A stretch of DNA of 44,553 nucleotides from Macrostomum lignano (lineage: Eukaryota): assembly GCA_002269645.1 (NCBI GenBank), contig NIVC01004482.1, forward strand, positions 1-44,553, written 5' to 3'. Numbering within the stretch: the first letter of the stretch is position 1; each line of letters begins with the position of its first letter. This document shows, piece by piece, positions 23,067 through 43,170 of this stretch. The notes beneath the pieces were generated by a model. That model made no database searches. It was not told the origin of the DNA and was given only the letters and a program-made list of their open reading frames with translations. Made by a program: the position numbers and the translations under genes.

Positions 23067-24558
23067 CTCTGCGACTGAACCATTAGGTGACTGTTTGGCT
23101 GTCAGGAATGCAAGATTATTTAATACTAAAGCAAACTTTTAAACTAAGAAGGCCTAGCCATGTACTTAGCTATAATATTCAAAAGATTAACACATTTAAT
23201 AAAGCCTCATATTTTATATTAAATGCTATTTTCCTAGATTCAGATACTTAGCTAATATGTACTTACTTGGCCTAGAAACTTTATTATAATTATTAGTATT
23301 ATTGTTATTTATTATAGTCTAAACTATCAATATTATACATTAGATTGGTTATATAACCTAAGCTATATATTTGTATTGTGCCAATATGGGAATATTGTAT
23401 AATATGTATAGTAAAATTCTTACTACTAAAATTAGTAGAAAGGCTCGAAAGTAAGCTTAAAAATTATAATATTAATGAAGAAAAGAATTAATTTTTAATG
23501 GGTTCTTAATAGTATTTTATTATAGCTACAACTAAAAACCTATACTTATAAACTTATTTTGGCTTATTAGTGACAGAAATATGCAACCATACTGAATAGA
23601 TTATAGGACAAAAACAAAACAGCCAAGATGCATGAAAAAGAAAATTTTACATTTTTCATATCATTATAAATAAAAACCTAGCTACTAACTAAGCAAGCAA
23701 GCAAGCACGCAAGCAAATTATATTTGTCAAAAATATAAAATTTCGCTAATGTTAAAACCGTGCGATTGCAGATTCGTGGGCATCACGAAAAAAAATTCTT
23801 CCAGAAAATCTCACAATGTAGATTTACGATAGTGACCTACGTTATTTCTATATCAATATTTTTATAACTTAGCATAACTGAACTTAATATATACTATGTA
23901 TTTATTTTAAATTTTAGCTAAACGTCTTAAACTTAGTAACATTTGACTTGCACTGAGCCACGATCATGGATGCTGATCGAGCTGAGCTACATTTAATTAC
24001 TTGTAGATATTCACATGTAGCTATAGCTACTCAGAGTTTCAAATATCTGGAGAACGTACATTTTCATATAGCTACTTATCTTCAATCCAACTTCTAAGCC
24101 ACAGGTAATCAAAACGTAGAATTTTTAGTCAGGCTTTCAGCATAAAAGCGGTGCCAAATAAACTACATTTATGATGATACTATGTATGAAAGTCTACTCT
24201 TCTACACCAAAGGCCCATTAAGATATGCTGCAATCAAATTCAGGAGCACAAGATTTTCTCACAGGCGCAGGTTTCCAGCCCGTGTGCCCGCACACACAAG
24301 GACATACTAGAATAGTACCATACATTATACTCGTACTTATCTGTGCACACGGAGGTTTTGCTGTCAATATTTGGTAGTTTGCACACAAGGGATTCGAAAA
24401 TTTAGGCCCATAAAAGAATCGCCATGTCAACCATGGTTGTCATATATGGTTGTCATATATATCAACCATAAAAAGAATCATGGGGGAATTATTACTAAGA
24501 TGTCAAGCTCATAGGGAAATTGTTGAGCTGAGGTGTCAAAGACAAAGATAATATAGAG

Positions 24559-24997
24559 CAGGGGTCAGCAAACTCGGGCCTGCGGGCCATATGCGGCCCG
24601 TGAAGTCTCTCTATCCGGCCCTCGATCGGGTCCTTTGAAATTTCACAATAGCAATATCGGCCCGCTCGAGTTTTGTGTCTCTTCTCAGCTCCCTTGTCGA
24701 ATCTCTCCTATTACGTCTCGCTTCTCTCTCTTTACCCAGCTCTCCTCTCCTCTCTACTTCCCTCCTCTTCTCTTCTTACTCTTCTCTCCTATTCTCTCCT
24801 CTTCTCCCCTTCTTATTCTCTCCCCAGCTCTCTCCTATACTAGCTCTCCTCTCCTCTTCTCCTCTCTTCTATTCGTCTCCTCTCTCCTCTCTGTTCTGCT
24901 CTCCTCTCCTCTCTTCTTTTATTCCCTTCCCTTTATTTCCCCTCCTCTTGCCCGCAGTCATGTGCTACATGTAGAGTAGATTGTCTGCTGACCCCTG
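24559..24997. mobile_element. hAT (Charlie-like) MITE containing a CT-rich low-complexity tract
   Basis: TIR CAGGGGTCAGCAAAC / GTCTGCTGACCCCTG, subterminal CGGCCC motifs, imperfect flanks ATATAGAG / ATATTAGAG. Confidence 0.8.
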
Positions 24998-25734
24998 ATA
25001 TTAGAGGGAACTGTTGAGATGTGAAGATTCTGTGGAGACAATGAATGACCACCAAGAAGTTTCTGTTGTACACAGATATTAAAAACACAGTATCTATTTG
25101 TTGTATGTTTATTATCTATCTATACTGTTGTATCAGGACGACGTAGCTTGCTCAAATATTGCAAAATTATTTCAAGGCCGCTTGTTAGCATTGCAGCTAA
25201 ACTTTAAATGCTCATATGTATATAACTCACATATATACTGCTCATACAATTCATTGTCATTGGTCCTTGGCGACTGCTGAGTTGCAAAGCGTGAGTTGGG
25301 AGTTGTTAAATGGTAAAGCCAAGCATCAAAGAAAAAGTTACGGTTAAGCCATGGATCAAAGGGAGCCAAAGCTCAAATTAGGGGATGCTGCAATCGTAGA
25401 CTTATATATGTAGACTGCAGCTGCAGCTTTCAGGGATTCTTCTTGCTTTAAAATCATTTTCAGACAACAATACATAGTGACTGTACATGTAAAAGTTGTA
25501 AAGCTACATGTAGTTTTATTCAAAAAAGTTACTAATTTTGTGTTGCCTTCCCAACAGGGACACAGATTGTTTTAGTCACATTCTCATTTTATGATTCTCT
25601 CTAGCAGGAGGTAGAAAAAATAAAAGCGGTCCATGGATTCAGGGGCGTTAAAAAGGCACCTGTAAAACCATCGTAGGAAAACTTCGCTGCGGGACGAGAT
25701 TGGGACGAGAGTGAGATGGGGAACGGATGGGGAA

Positions 25735-26035
25735 ATGTCTGTCTTTGAAATCTAGATGTCTGTCTTTGAAATCTATAGATGTCTTTCTTTGAAATATAGA
25801 TGTCTGTCTTTGAAATCTAGATGTCTTTCTTTGAAATCTAGATGTCTATCTTTGAAATCTAGATGTCTTTCATTGAAATCTAGATGTCTTTCATTGAAAT
25901 CTAGATGTCTGTCTTTGAAATCTAGATGTCTCTCTTTGAAATCTAGATGTCTGTCTTTGAAATCTAGATGTCTTTCTTTGAAATCTAGATGTCTTTCTTT
26001 GAAGTCTAGATGTCTTTCTTTTAAGTCAGGCTTTC
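25735..26035 (+). repeat. 21-bp minisatellite (TGTCTGTCTTTGAAATCTAGA), about 14 copies
   Basis: Tandem units read directly. Confidence 0.95.
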
Positions 26036-27144
26036 TGTTCAGTCTTGATTTTCTGCAATTTGATGGAGATATTATTGTTCATATTGATTTTTTGCAGCTT
26101 GACGGAGATTATATATTGATAGATTTTAGTTTATCAAAAGGGATTTTGATGAATTTCAGCCTCACGAAGAGAATTCAATGGAGTTCTGTCTCACGGAGAG
26201 GATTCTGATGCATTTGGATGATGGGATTCGGGTCATGGGATTCAGCTGATTGATTTCAGGGAATGAAATTCTGGAGATGGGAGTTCTTTCCCTTTTAGGA
26301 TTTTGATGGGTCTCTGTTTCACGGAGAGGATTTTGTTACGGAGAGGATTTTGATGGATTTCGGTTTCACGGGAGGATTTTGACGGGTTTCTGTTTCACAG
26401 AGAGGATTTTGGTGGATTTGGAGAGGACTTGTTAATGGGATTCCGGTGATGGGATTGCAGCCGTAGACACATAATTACGCTATAATTGACACAATAGAAA
26501 TGAATCGGGCTTCAAGCTTTTTCTGCATAATCTGAGGCGTTTCCCATCCCCCTTTCTAGTTGTCACTGTTCCTCACTGTACTTGTGTTTGTGGAGACTCT
26601 TCTTTCAACAATATACAACCTACTAACAGTGGCTTTTCGTAGGTCACTGATTGCCGCAGTGATTTCTGACATTAGAGTGACGGTTAGGTCATTAGCAGTG
26701 TGAACAAACTGCTCATAAAACTTATCATTTCAATCTTCTGATTTTCAATTCAGTGTTTATATGTTATATGTTTATATTAAAAAGTATGTGGTGAGAGCGC
26801 TCTTGTCTGCAATTGACCAAACCTGAAAAATTTGCTGACATTTTAATAAAAATTATAAGTAAAATTCATTTTTCCTTGTTGATCATAACGAACTGATAAC
26901 TTATTTTACTTTGAAGTTCTTACCCGGAAGAATATAGTAAGAGGGAGTAATGACCGCTTTATAAAATCGTTTCAATCGATCCTGTCACAAAGTTAGAAAA
27001 AGGAGAATCAAGTTACAGTTCCTGGATAAATTATTGACTTTAGGAACTAGCGTCAGATCTATAGCTATTATAGAGCCTCTTCTATTGCCGATGTGCAGGG
27101 GGTGATTCTATTGGACACAGTCGACCCGCTGCCTACATGCTTGC

Positions 27145-28575
27145 CAGTGTTTTGATGTGACCGCACCGCTGAGCACAGGCTAGCCAGTGTGTTGATGTGA
27201 CCGCACCGCTGAGCACAGGCTAGCCATGCAGTGTGTTGATGTGACCGCACCGCTGAGCACAGGCTAGCCAGTGTGTTGATGTGACCGCACCGCTGAGCAC
27301 AGGCTAGCCATGCAGTGTGTTGATGTGACCGCACCGCTGAGCACAGGCTAGCCATGCAGTGTGTTGATGTGACCGCTCCGCTGAGCACAGGCTAGCCATG
27401 CAGTGTGTTGATGTGACCGCACCGCTGAGCACAGGCTAGCCAGTGTGTTGATGTGACCGCACCGCTGAGCACAGGCTAGCCATGCAGTGTGTTGATGTGA
27501 CCGCACCGCTGAGCACAGGCTAGCCAGTGTTTTGATGTGACCGCACCGCTGAGCACAGGCTAGCCAGTGTGTTGATGTGACCGCACCGCTGAGCACAGGC
27601 TAGCCAGTGTGTTGATGTGACCGCACCGCTGAGCACAGGCTAGCCATGCAGTGTGTTGATGTGACCGCTCCGCTGAGCACAGGCTAGCCATGCAGTGTGT
27701 TGATGTGACCGCACCGCTGAGCACAGGCTAGCCAGTGTGTTGATGTGACCGCACCGCTGAGCACAGGCTAGCCATGCAGTGTGTTGATGTGACCGCACCG
27801 CTGAGCACAGGCTAGCCATGCAGTGTGTTGATGTGACCGCTCCGCTGAGCACAGGCTAGCCATGCAGTGTGTTGATGTGACCGCACCGCTGAGCACAGGC
27901 TAGCCATGCAGTGTGTTGATGTGACCGCACCGCTGAGCACAGGCTAGCCAGTGTGTTGATGTGACCGCTCCGCTGAGCACAGGCTAGCCAGTGTGTTGAT
28001 GTGACCGCTCCGCTGAGCACAGGCTAGCCAGTGTGTTGATGTGACCGCTCCGCTGAGCACAGGCTAGCCAGTGTGTTGATGTGACCGCTCCGCTGAGCAC
28101 AGGCTAGCCAGTGTGTTGATGTGACCGCACCGCTGAGCACAGGCTAGCCATGCAGTGTGTTGATGTGACCGCACCGCTGAGCACAGGCTAGCCAGTGTGT
28201 TGATGTGACCGCTCCGCTGAGCACAGGCTAGCCAGTGTGTTGATGTGACCGCACCGCTGAGCACAGGCTAGCCAGTGTGTTGATGTGACCGCACCGCTGA
28301 GCACAGGCTAGCCAGTGTGTTGATGTGACCGCTCCGCTGAGCACAGGCTAGCCAGTGTGTTGATGTGACCGCTCCGCTGAGCACAGGCTAGCCATGCAGT
28401 GTGTTGATGTGACCGCACCGCTGAGCACAGGCTAGCCAGTGTGTTGATGTGACCGCATCGCTGAGCACAGGCTAGCCAGTGTGTTGATGTGACCGTACCG
28501 CTGAGCACAGGCTAGCCAGTGTGTTGATGTGACCGTACCGCTGAGCACAGGCTAGCCAGTGTGTTGATGTGACCG
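27145..28575 (+). repeat. 40/44-bp minisatellite (CAGTGTGTTGATGTGACCGCACCGCTGAGCACAGGCTAGC +/- CATG), about 34 copies
   Basis: Two interspersed length variants read directly. Confidence 0.97.
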
Positions 28576-29289
28576 TATCGTAAAATCGAACTTTTGAGCT
28601 GTGGCTGAAATTCAATTGAAGCTCCAGATTCTGCAGAATTCCCCCATAATCATCTTGTCATCCCAATAACATCTTCCCTAGGCTGCACTGCCGAGTTCGC
28701 TGATCCACAGTGATTTTTAAATTATTTTAATAAAAGATGCAAAAAAGAATGAATTGAATTGACAGGCAAATTAATAAGCGCCTTGTTGTGTTTTTTTGCC
28801 TGAGAAAGAAAAAATGATTATTGAATACACATGTAGCAGAATTCAGGCAACAAAGAAAACAGTCTGGTTAGAATGCTGTACAAGCGAAAAAAAACCAAAT
28901 GGATTTTGACGAGACCCTAGAATGGAGGCTGTGCTTCAGACAGCGAGGAGTTCAAAGTAAAATACAACAGGGTCATGAGAAGGTCAACACAAGAATTTCC
29001 TCTTTTGGCATGGAAGAACGGTTCATTGATAGACTTATTTGCAGAGTTTTGCAAACAGGTTTTGTTCCGCTCGAGTTTTTGTTCTTTTCGTTTAAAAATA
29101 CTTTGGAGAAAAAACAGACTTGCACGCTCAACTCCTATTTGTCCTTTGATAAGGAGAACAATTCTTCTGATTGTTAAACGACCAAAGTTTAGCTTTTACA
29201 CTGTCTGCAAAACAGGCCCGAATAAAAAGTTCTTGCATTCGAGCATCCATGCTTTTAGTTAAGCCTGCCTGACAGTTCTATGCAGAGCC

Positions 29290-36562
<7,273 letters not shown>

Positions 36563-37494
36563 GACGCGGATTTTTTCAGTGAAAGTCTTGAGAAAGATAA
36601 TTTACTACCAGACGATTTGCCCTGAGCTTAATATCCCTCCCGCCACAGTATTTATTAAGCTTGCTCTCGCAGCCTAGGGAACAGTTCTCTCGCGAGCGGA
36701 TATGGTTCGGTCATAGACAGATTGGCGGTCAGACTGACCCATCAAGTAGCCATTCTAGAGATCGAAGCAGAATTTCGCTGTCAGGACTACCTAACATTAG
36801 GACCTAACATTATAGAAATTCGCAACAGCGTGTTCATAGTCACCTGATGCCACCTGTTGAAGGTCCAGAAGCTCCGCCTGGGTGAAGGCCAGTGACCAAT
36901 TGGAGTCAGCTGATGCAAATACATGTGGCCGACGTGCTGATAAAATTCGGAGGCTTGGCAAGGCTGCAATGAGGCGCAGTGCTGATTGGTGCACAGGGGG
37001 TGTATTGAATACACTGGCGCTTATGGGAAAAATCTGACCCTCTGGCGGAATCGCTGAATATCTCGATGGTCCGGCAGGCGCGAGGGTTCAGGCGTAGCAA
37101 AAAATTGTCAGGGGGGAAATCCCCCCTTTTGTTAGTTCGACGGGCGAAAAATGGCTTGGTATTCCTACTGTTAAGGACGCTATCATGAATTAAAAGAACT
37201 TTCGTATAAGTATTCTGACGCTTATACACAGGCTCGAAATTTCACACCTTCAAAGTCTTGCTAGTAATTTCCGCTATCTCACAACTTTAAACGATTTCGA
37301 CGATGTGCTTGAGCTTGTAAAAGTTTCGCTCCAGTGAAATTAACAAGCAAGATTATTGGACGATGTAAAACTTCGATCTTATGATGTTTCCGCATTGTTT
37401 TACGAGCGTAGAGGGATCAACAATACTTTTCCGATGATGTGAAAGCAATCATATCCCAAAAGCTCCCGGAATCTGCCTATTATAGACAAAAAAT

Positions 37495-38270
37495 GGGCCA
37501 ATCGGGGTTCCTGTTCGTCCTGGTGCTTGACTGGGTGCTGCAGACCGCTCTTCCAAGGGACGATGGCTTCCTGCTACAGCGACGCGTGGGTCGACGCCAA
37601 CCGGAGAGGCGTCGCAGCGTGCTTGACTACGCCGATGATCTGCAGTTTTTGCCGAGGCGCTGACGGGCAGGTGAGGAAGCGTCCGCACTATCAGTAGTTC
37701 GTCTGCCGATGCGGTCTGTTGCCTGATGGTTGCGAGGATCTGTGACACCGCCGCGGACTTGCCTGGGCTGCCTCTCGTTTCTAGAAGGCTGTCCTGCAGT
37801 CCGAGGCCCTGCCTGCAGGACCGCCCGCGAGGGCGGCGCTGTTCCAGGCGGTGATCGAGACCGTCCAGTTGTACAACGCCGAGACCTAGACGCTGACGGA
37901 ATCGCTCGAACTGCGGGTCGATGCGACGCACGCTGGCCTGCTGCGTGCCGCCTTCAAGATAGGCTACGAGAGAGTCAACGCGGCACTCTATCGCCGCACC
38001 GGCGTCCCGTCTCAGCGAACTGTTGCGCCGTCGGCGACTCCAGCTAGCACATCATCCGAGCCGATCGTCCTACTGCCAGCAACCGGTGCAAGAGGTGATG
38101 CTGCTGACGCTAGGCACCTTACCGTACCGGCGGGGACAGGCACGCACTCAGTGTATCATCGACTGCCTGCTGGCTGATGCCGGCGCCTTGGACACTGCCG
38201 GCGGTGCCGGTGCGGCCTACGCTCGCGCCATGTGACGTCTTTGCCTCGATCATGACTCGCTTGACTGGCT
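37495..38270 (+). mobile_element. 5'-truncated, frameshifted non-LTR retrotransposon (RTE-like) RT and 3' end
   Basis: FLFVLVLDWVL...RRVGRRQPE...DYADDL (RT catalytic motif), followed by fragmented RTE-like C-terminal peptides such as LYRRTG and RRRRLQLAHH. Confidence 0.82.
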
Positions 38271-38278
38271 GACAACGT

Positions 38279-38580
38279 ATTTTGTTGTTGATTACACCTT
38301 GCCCTGATGGCAGATGTGCAACCGACAGCTCAACCGAGGCTATTGCGTGGCGCATCTGATGAAGGCTGCGTACGGCTGTTCAGTCCAAGGACTGGGGGGT
38401 CGTCACACACACCCTCAATTACCCCAGCTAATGCTGGCACCCATTTTACAGCTGGGTGAACTGAAGCAATGCAGAGTAAGTGGATTGCTCAAGGACACAT
38501 TGTTCCCGGGACGACGAGAATCGAACCCCCGACCTTTCAGTCGAAAGTCCGACGCTCTAACCTCTATGCTACAAACCATG
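38279..38580 (-). mobile_element. tRNA-derived CORE-type SINE
   Basis: Minus strand shows A box TAGCATAGAGG and B box GGTTCGATTC, then TGTGTCCTTGAGCAATCCACTTACTCTGCATTGCTTCAGTTCACCCAGCTGTAAAATGGG (MIR/CORE-like), and a CAACAACAAAA tail. Confidence 0.8.
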
Positions 38581-39192
38581 GAGCAAAGAATTTGCATCGA
38601 GGGACACCAGCAGCGCAAATTCACCAGGAAATTTTTAGGCTTACGGATCGCAGGTACTATAAGTTGAACAACTGTTTTTAGAAATGGTGTCAGACGTCTT
38701 CTACAGTTCATGCGCTGACATTCCCTGTTCGACTGTGCTGAAAAAACCAGCTTAGTTGTCGTCTGCACAGAGAGTATGGGATCAGCCCTACAACAAAAAT
38801 CTGGCTTCGCCTGTCTGTCGGTCTTAAAAAAAAATTTAGCTTGATACTCGTAAACTATTAATCAAACGTAAATCTGCATCATTTAAGATCTGTTATTAAA
38901 TACAACAATAGATTAAAGGAATCCACAATTTGTTTGTGCTCGTAATCTAGTCTGTGACGAGTTTTCAAAAATAAATCAGATAAGTCAAAGGCAAACAAAA
39001 ACATTTCCAAGAGAGCACATTTCACTTGCTCAGATTAGAATTTGCTGCAACTCGCTATATTTTCGATCGTATTAGGTTTCAAAAAAACTAAGCAATCCAC
39101 CTTGTTAACAAACCAGGCTAGGAAACACATAATCAACAACTACCATGAACTTGCTATTGAAGACGTCAAGTTCTCTCTCTCTCTCAATTAAT

Positions 39193-39750
39193 TCATTCGC
39201 CGCGCAGCTTAGCCTTCTTCAGCTTCTTCTTGCTTTCTTTCTTCTTCGCGGACGTCTCCTCTGTGTCGGCGGCGCGGGCGACCACCTGCTCCTTCTCGTT
39301 CAAGATGACCTCAACGTGGCATGGCGAGGACATGTAGGGCCCGATGCGGCCGTGGGCTCGGTAGGTCCTGCGACGCATTTTGGGCGCCCGGTTGACCTGG
39401 ATGTGATCAATAACCAAATGATCGGCGTCGAGGCCTTTAAACTCGGCGTTGCTTTCGCAATTCTTCAACAATTGTAGAAGAAATTCGCAGGACTTTTTCG
39501 GCCAACGACCGGTGGCTGTGCCCCAGACCTTGGACTGCGCGTGCCGGCCAGTGCCGCCCATGAACCGCCTGAAGGGGACAATCTCCTTCTTGGAGATGAC
39601 GTTCTTTAAAAATCGCTGCGCCCGTTTTAGCGCCATGCCGCGCACAGCGCCGGCGGTTTCGCGGGTATTTTTAAAGTGCACGCGCAAGTAAGAGCCGCGC
39701 GCCTTGGCGCATTTTGCGGCGCTCTCTGGCTTAACGCTGTACCGGCCCAT
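39193..39750 (-). CDS. RPL17: 60S ribosomal protein L17 (uL22), 185 aa, intronless CDS
   Basis: [18 protein letters not shown] and [23 protein letters not shown] splice acceptor (cttcAG) lies about 15 nt upstream of the ATG. Confidence 0.98.
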   Translation of the reverse strand: MGRYSVKPESAAKCAKARGSYLRVHFKNTRETAGAVRGMALKRAQRFLKNVISKKEIVPFRRFMGGTGRHAQSKVWGTATGRWPKKSCEFLLQLLKNCESNAEFKGLDADHLVIDHIQVNRAPKMRRRTYRAHGRIGPYMSSPCHVEVILNEKEQVVARAADTEETSAKKKESKKKLKKAKLRGE

Positions 39751-40397
39751 CGTTCAGAAAGGTCACTGAAGTTGGAGGTATGCAGGCTTACATGGGAGAT
39801 GGCATGAATTAAAAATGGGGCATAATGCCTTTAAACTGAATATGCGCAGATAGGAACACGTAAATAATCTAGATGAGTTAAAGATACATTGTGAAGAATT
39901 AACAAAAGAGCTTAACAGATTTTTAGGCTTTAGCTAACTACCAACTATAAATTGATGTTTTTACTATAGATAAAAGAAAGCAATTTTTAAAGAGAAGCAT
40001 CAATATAGCTGCTACCATAATCTGAGACAAATTGAAGGACTTTTTTATGCTTAATAAAAAATTTCAAGACAGTTGTGTGTGGTTGGAGAAAATGACAAAT
40101 ATTATGACAAATTTGACAAAATTTCCTACTTTTCAGTAAGTGTCTGGATTTGTTTTTTGCTTTGATTTGACTGTGACCTAGACAAATTATTGTAGGACAA
40201 ATTAACTCCTATCAGGTTTTTAAGTGGTTGAAATGGTCAAATATTTTTTTTCTAGAAACTGTTTGCTTTATTAGACTAGTGACAAAAATATTTTTTTAAA
40301 CTGCATGAGAAAAGTCTTATACTTTAGGAAGATAAAATTAATGATAACAAATTATAACATTATTTTATCTGCGGGACACATTATATGTTTACATGTA

Positions 40398-41016
40398 CAA
40401 AGGGCTGTCCCAGAAATAGTGGGAAAAACCAGTACAGAGGCTGACTGTGATATTTAAATTTGATGCAACTTGTTTCATAAGTAGAAAAAATCCAACGGTT
40501 GTTTTGCTTTTTAAATGGGGTAAAAATGTCAATTCATTCAAAAGTTATGCCTATAATTAGAACAAGGGGTAGGGGTAGAGTTACACCAAATTGAGCCTAC
40601 TATGCTGGCCATAGATTAAACTTTTGATGTTTAGTCAGAACCATCAAAAGCAAACAAAGAAGCTGAAGAGAAACAAAAGAGCACATAAGCTCTCAAAAAA
40701 AGCAGAAGCTAATCTGAAGCAGAAGCAGAAGCAGAACAGCTGCAGGCTGAGGAATGACTTTGTCAAAAAGTCATTAGTCAAGGGCAATGGCAATGCTGTG
40801 TGACTGACTTTGCAGACCCCTCAACTTGGTGTAACTTTACCCCCTACCCCTTGTTCTAATTATAGGCATAACTTTTGAATGAATTGACATTTTTACTCCA
40901 TTTAAAAAGCAAAATAACAGTTGGATTTTTTCTACTTATGACACAGATTGCATCAAATTTGAATATCACAGTCAGCCTCTATACCAGTTTTCCCACTATT
41001 TCTGGGACAACTCTTG
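40398..41016. mobile_element. Tc1/mariner-type MITE with about 200-bp inverted arms
   Basis: 40398-40600 is the reverse complement of about 40820-41016. TA flanks both ends, and the termini contain TGTCCCAGAAATAGTG. Confidence 0.85.
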
Positions 41017-41283
41017 TATATCTAGTGCAAAATTATCTTTAAGAATGTGAGATTGTTATAAGAAAAGGGAACTTTGTAGTATAGCATAGAATCTTATTAT
41101 ATTTATTTGTTATTGGCCAAGTCAAAAGTTAACAGCTTTCTAGTAATCAATTTTTTCAATCAAAACTTTACATAGTGTGTTGGCCAGTTTGATTTTAGAG
41201 GTTAAAATTTTAGAAGCTAGCTATCATTCACTGGTAGTGTATCAGCAATGCAAAAAGGTATAAACAATGGCAATGCAGACCAA

Positions 41284-41324
<41 letters not shown>

Positions 41325-41472
41325 AGGAACAAAGACTATGGCCATAAGCCCCAAGAGTTGACATTCTGAATGCTAGCAACTAAGAAAGCAATATGTCTAT
41401 CATAATACATTAAAGTTGATATCTATATCTACCTACCTAACCAATATGCTATACTAACATTGAACTAAGAAG

Positions 41473-42676
41473 TAGAGGTCGGATGAGCAGAAAAATTTGG
41501 TCGGGCATGAAATTTCGTAAAATTTTTAAAGTCGGGCGTGATCGTGATTGTGATTGTGAATTTATATTTGCATACACATATTTTGAGCTCGTAAGTTACA
41601 AGTGTTGAAAATAACAAAACAAGAAAAGAAATATTTATAAATTGATAATAGTACTCAGTAATGCTGTCAAGTCAACAAAATTAAAATTTATTACTCTTTT
41701 ACACATGTGTGTTCATATATTTTGGTAAACCAACTAGAAAAGTTATACTTCTAATAAAAATGTAATAAAGCGGAAATTCACGACTGTCGTAAATGGCTAC
41801 CGGACATTTGCCCTCCGGCATTTGCCCTCCGGACATTTGCCCTCCGGCATTTCCCTCCGGACATTTGCCCTTGAGGACATTTGCCCTCGAGGACATTTGC
41901 CCTCGGGACATTTGCCCTCCGGACATTTGCCCTCGGGACATTTGCCCTTGGGGACATTTCCCCTCCGGACATTTGCCCTCCGGACATTTCCCCTCTGGAA
42001 AATTACAGGTAAGGCTGGGGATAGGGTAGGGCGCGGTATATATTGCTTACTAGAAAAGGATGAGTTGTTGGCTGGAGAAGAACCTGATGGATGCAAGAGG
42101 CGGGAGGATGAGGTTGGTGCTGGAGGAACGACGGGTGTACAGGAGGAGGTGAGGTGAGTAATGTGCGAGGGGGTAAATTTGCAGAGGGCAAATGTGCGGA
42201 GGGGAAATGTCCAGAGGGCAAATGTCCGGAGGGCAAATGTCCAGAGGGCAAATGTCCCCGAGGGCAAATGTCCCCGAGGGGAAATGTCCGGAGGGCAAAT
42301 GTCCGGAGGGGAAATGTCCCGGAGGGCAAATGTCCGGAGGGCAAACGCCGCGCGAGGGGAAGTGCCGGAGGGCAAGTGCCGGAGGGGAAGTGCCGGAGGG
42401 CAAATGTCCGGAGGGCAAATGTCCCGAGGGCAAATGTCCCCGAGGGGAAATGTCCGGAGGGCAAATGTCCGGAGGGGAAATGTCCGCGGAGGGCAAATGT
42501 CCGGAGGGCAAACGCCGCCGAGGGGAAGTGCCGGAGGGCAAGTGCCGGAGGGGAAGTGCCGGAGGGCAAATGTCCGGAAGCGGTCGTGAATGGGTTTCAA
42601 GGAAATAACAATCGTGAAAAAAATGGTCGTGAATTCACAAAATTGTGATCACAATCGTGATCACATCCGACCCCTA
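41473..42676. mobile_element. Non-autonomous hAT element hosting a nested insertion
   Basis: TIR TAGAGGTCGGATG / CATCCGACCCCTA. Perfect 8-bp TSD CTAAGAAG at 41465-41472 and 42677-42684. Confidence 0.85.
41795..42582. mobile_element. Foldback/Mutator-like element whose inverted arms are arrays of a 15-bp unit (GGACATTTGCCCTCC)
   Basis: Left array 41800-42000 and inverted right array 42185-42580 flank a unique spacer. Candidate 9-bp TSD GTCGTAAAT / GTCGTGAAT (1 mismatch). Confidence 0.7.
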
Positions 42677-42771
42677 CTAAGAAGTTTGGTGCTGATCAAC
42701 AATCTGCAACTAGAGAACGAGGAATTGCACAAGTTTCATAGAAAGAGAAGAGCAGCTTATAGAGTGCTAAA

Positions 42772-43170
42772 TAGAGGTCGGACGGGATTGAAATCTTCGG
42801 GTAGGATCAGGATCAGGAATAATTTTTTTCTCGGGATTGGGATCGGGATCGAGATTCGGGAATCGGGATCAGGTCTTTTAGTGTATTGTCCATGTAAAGT
42901 TAAACAAAATTGAGAAAAGATTGTCAAGATCAAGAAGTAAAACACAACGAAATTGATATGAAATTTTGTAACCAACAAAGTAAATAATGTAACGAGTACA
43001 AGTTAAAGCAAAATACCTTCAAGTAATCACTAATTCTATAAATTATTAATCGAAAGACCTGTTCCCGAATCTCGAGTTTTTTAGGGTCGGGATTCTGGTC
43101 CCACGGGAATTCAATTTTCCTCGGAATCCCGAGATTTCGGGATCGGGATCGGGATCCCGTCCAACCTCTA
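42772..43170. mobile_element. hAT MITE with GGGATC subterminal repeats
   Basis: 16-bp TIR TAGAGGTCGGACGGGA (1 mismatch). Perfect 8-bp TSD GTGCTAAA at 42764-42771 and 43171-43178. Confidence 0.88.

Noticed and set aside
26140-26460. Degenerate GTTTCACGGAGAGGATTTTGA repeats as a distinct element
   Set aside because: Too decayed to define a unit or termini with confidence.
21325-28575. 41-bp and 40/44-bp arrays as CRISPR
   Set aside because: The units are contiguous with no unique spacers, there are no cas genes, and the context is eukaryotic.
38500-38580. tRNA gene
   Set aside because: A and B boxes are present, but there is no clear acceptor stem or poly-T terminator, and the sequence runs into a CORE domain. 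It is a SINE head.
41699-42648. Many overlapping ORFs with PEGKC/GHLPS repeats
   Set aside because: They are products of the 15-bp arrays of the Foldback-like element.
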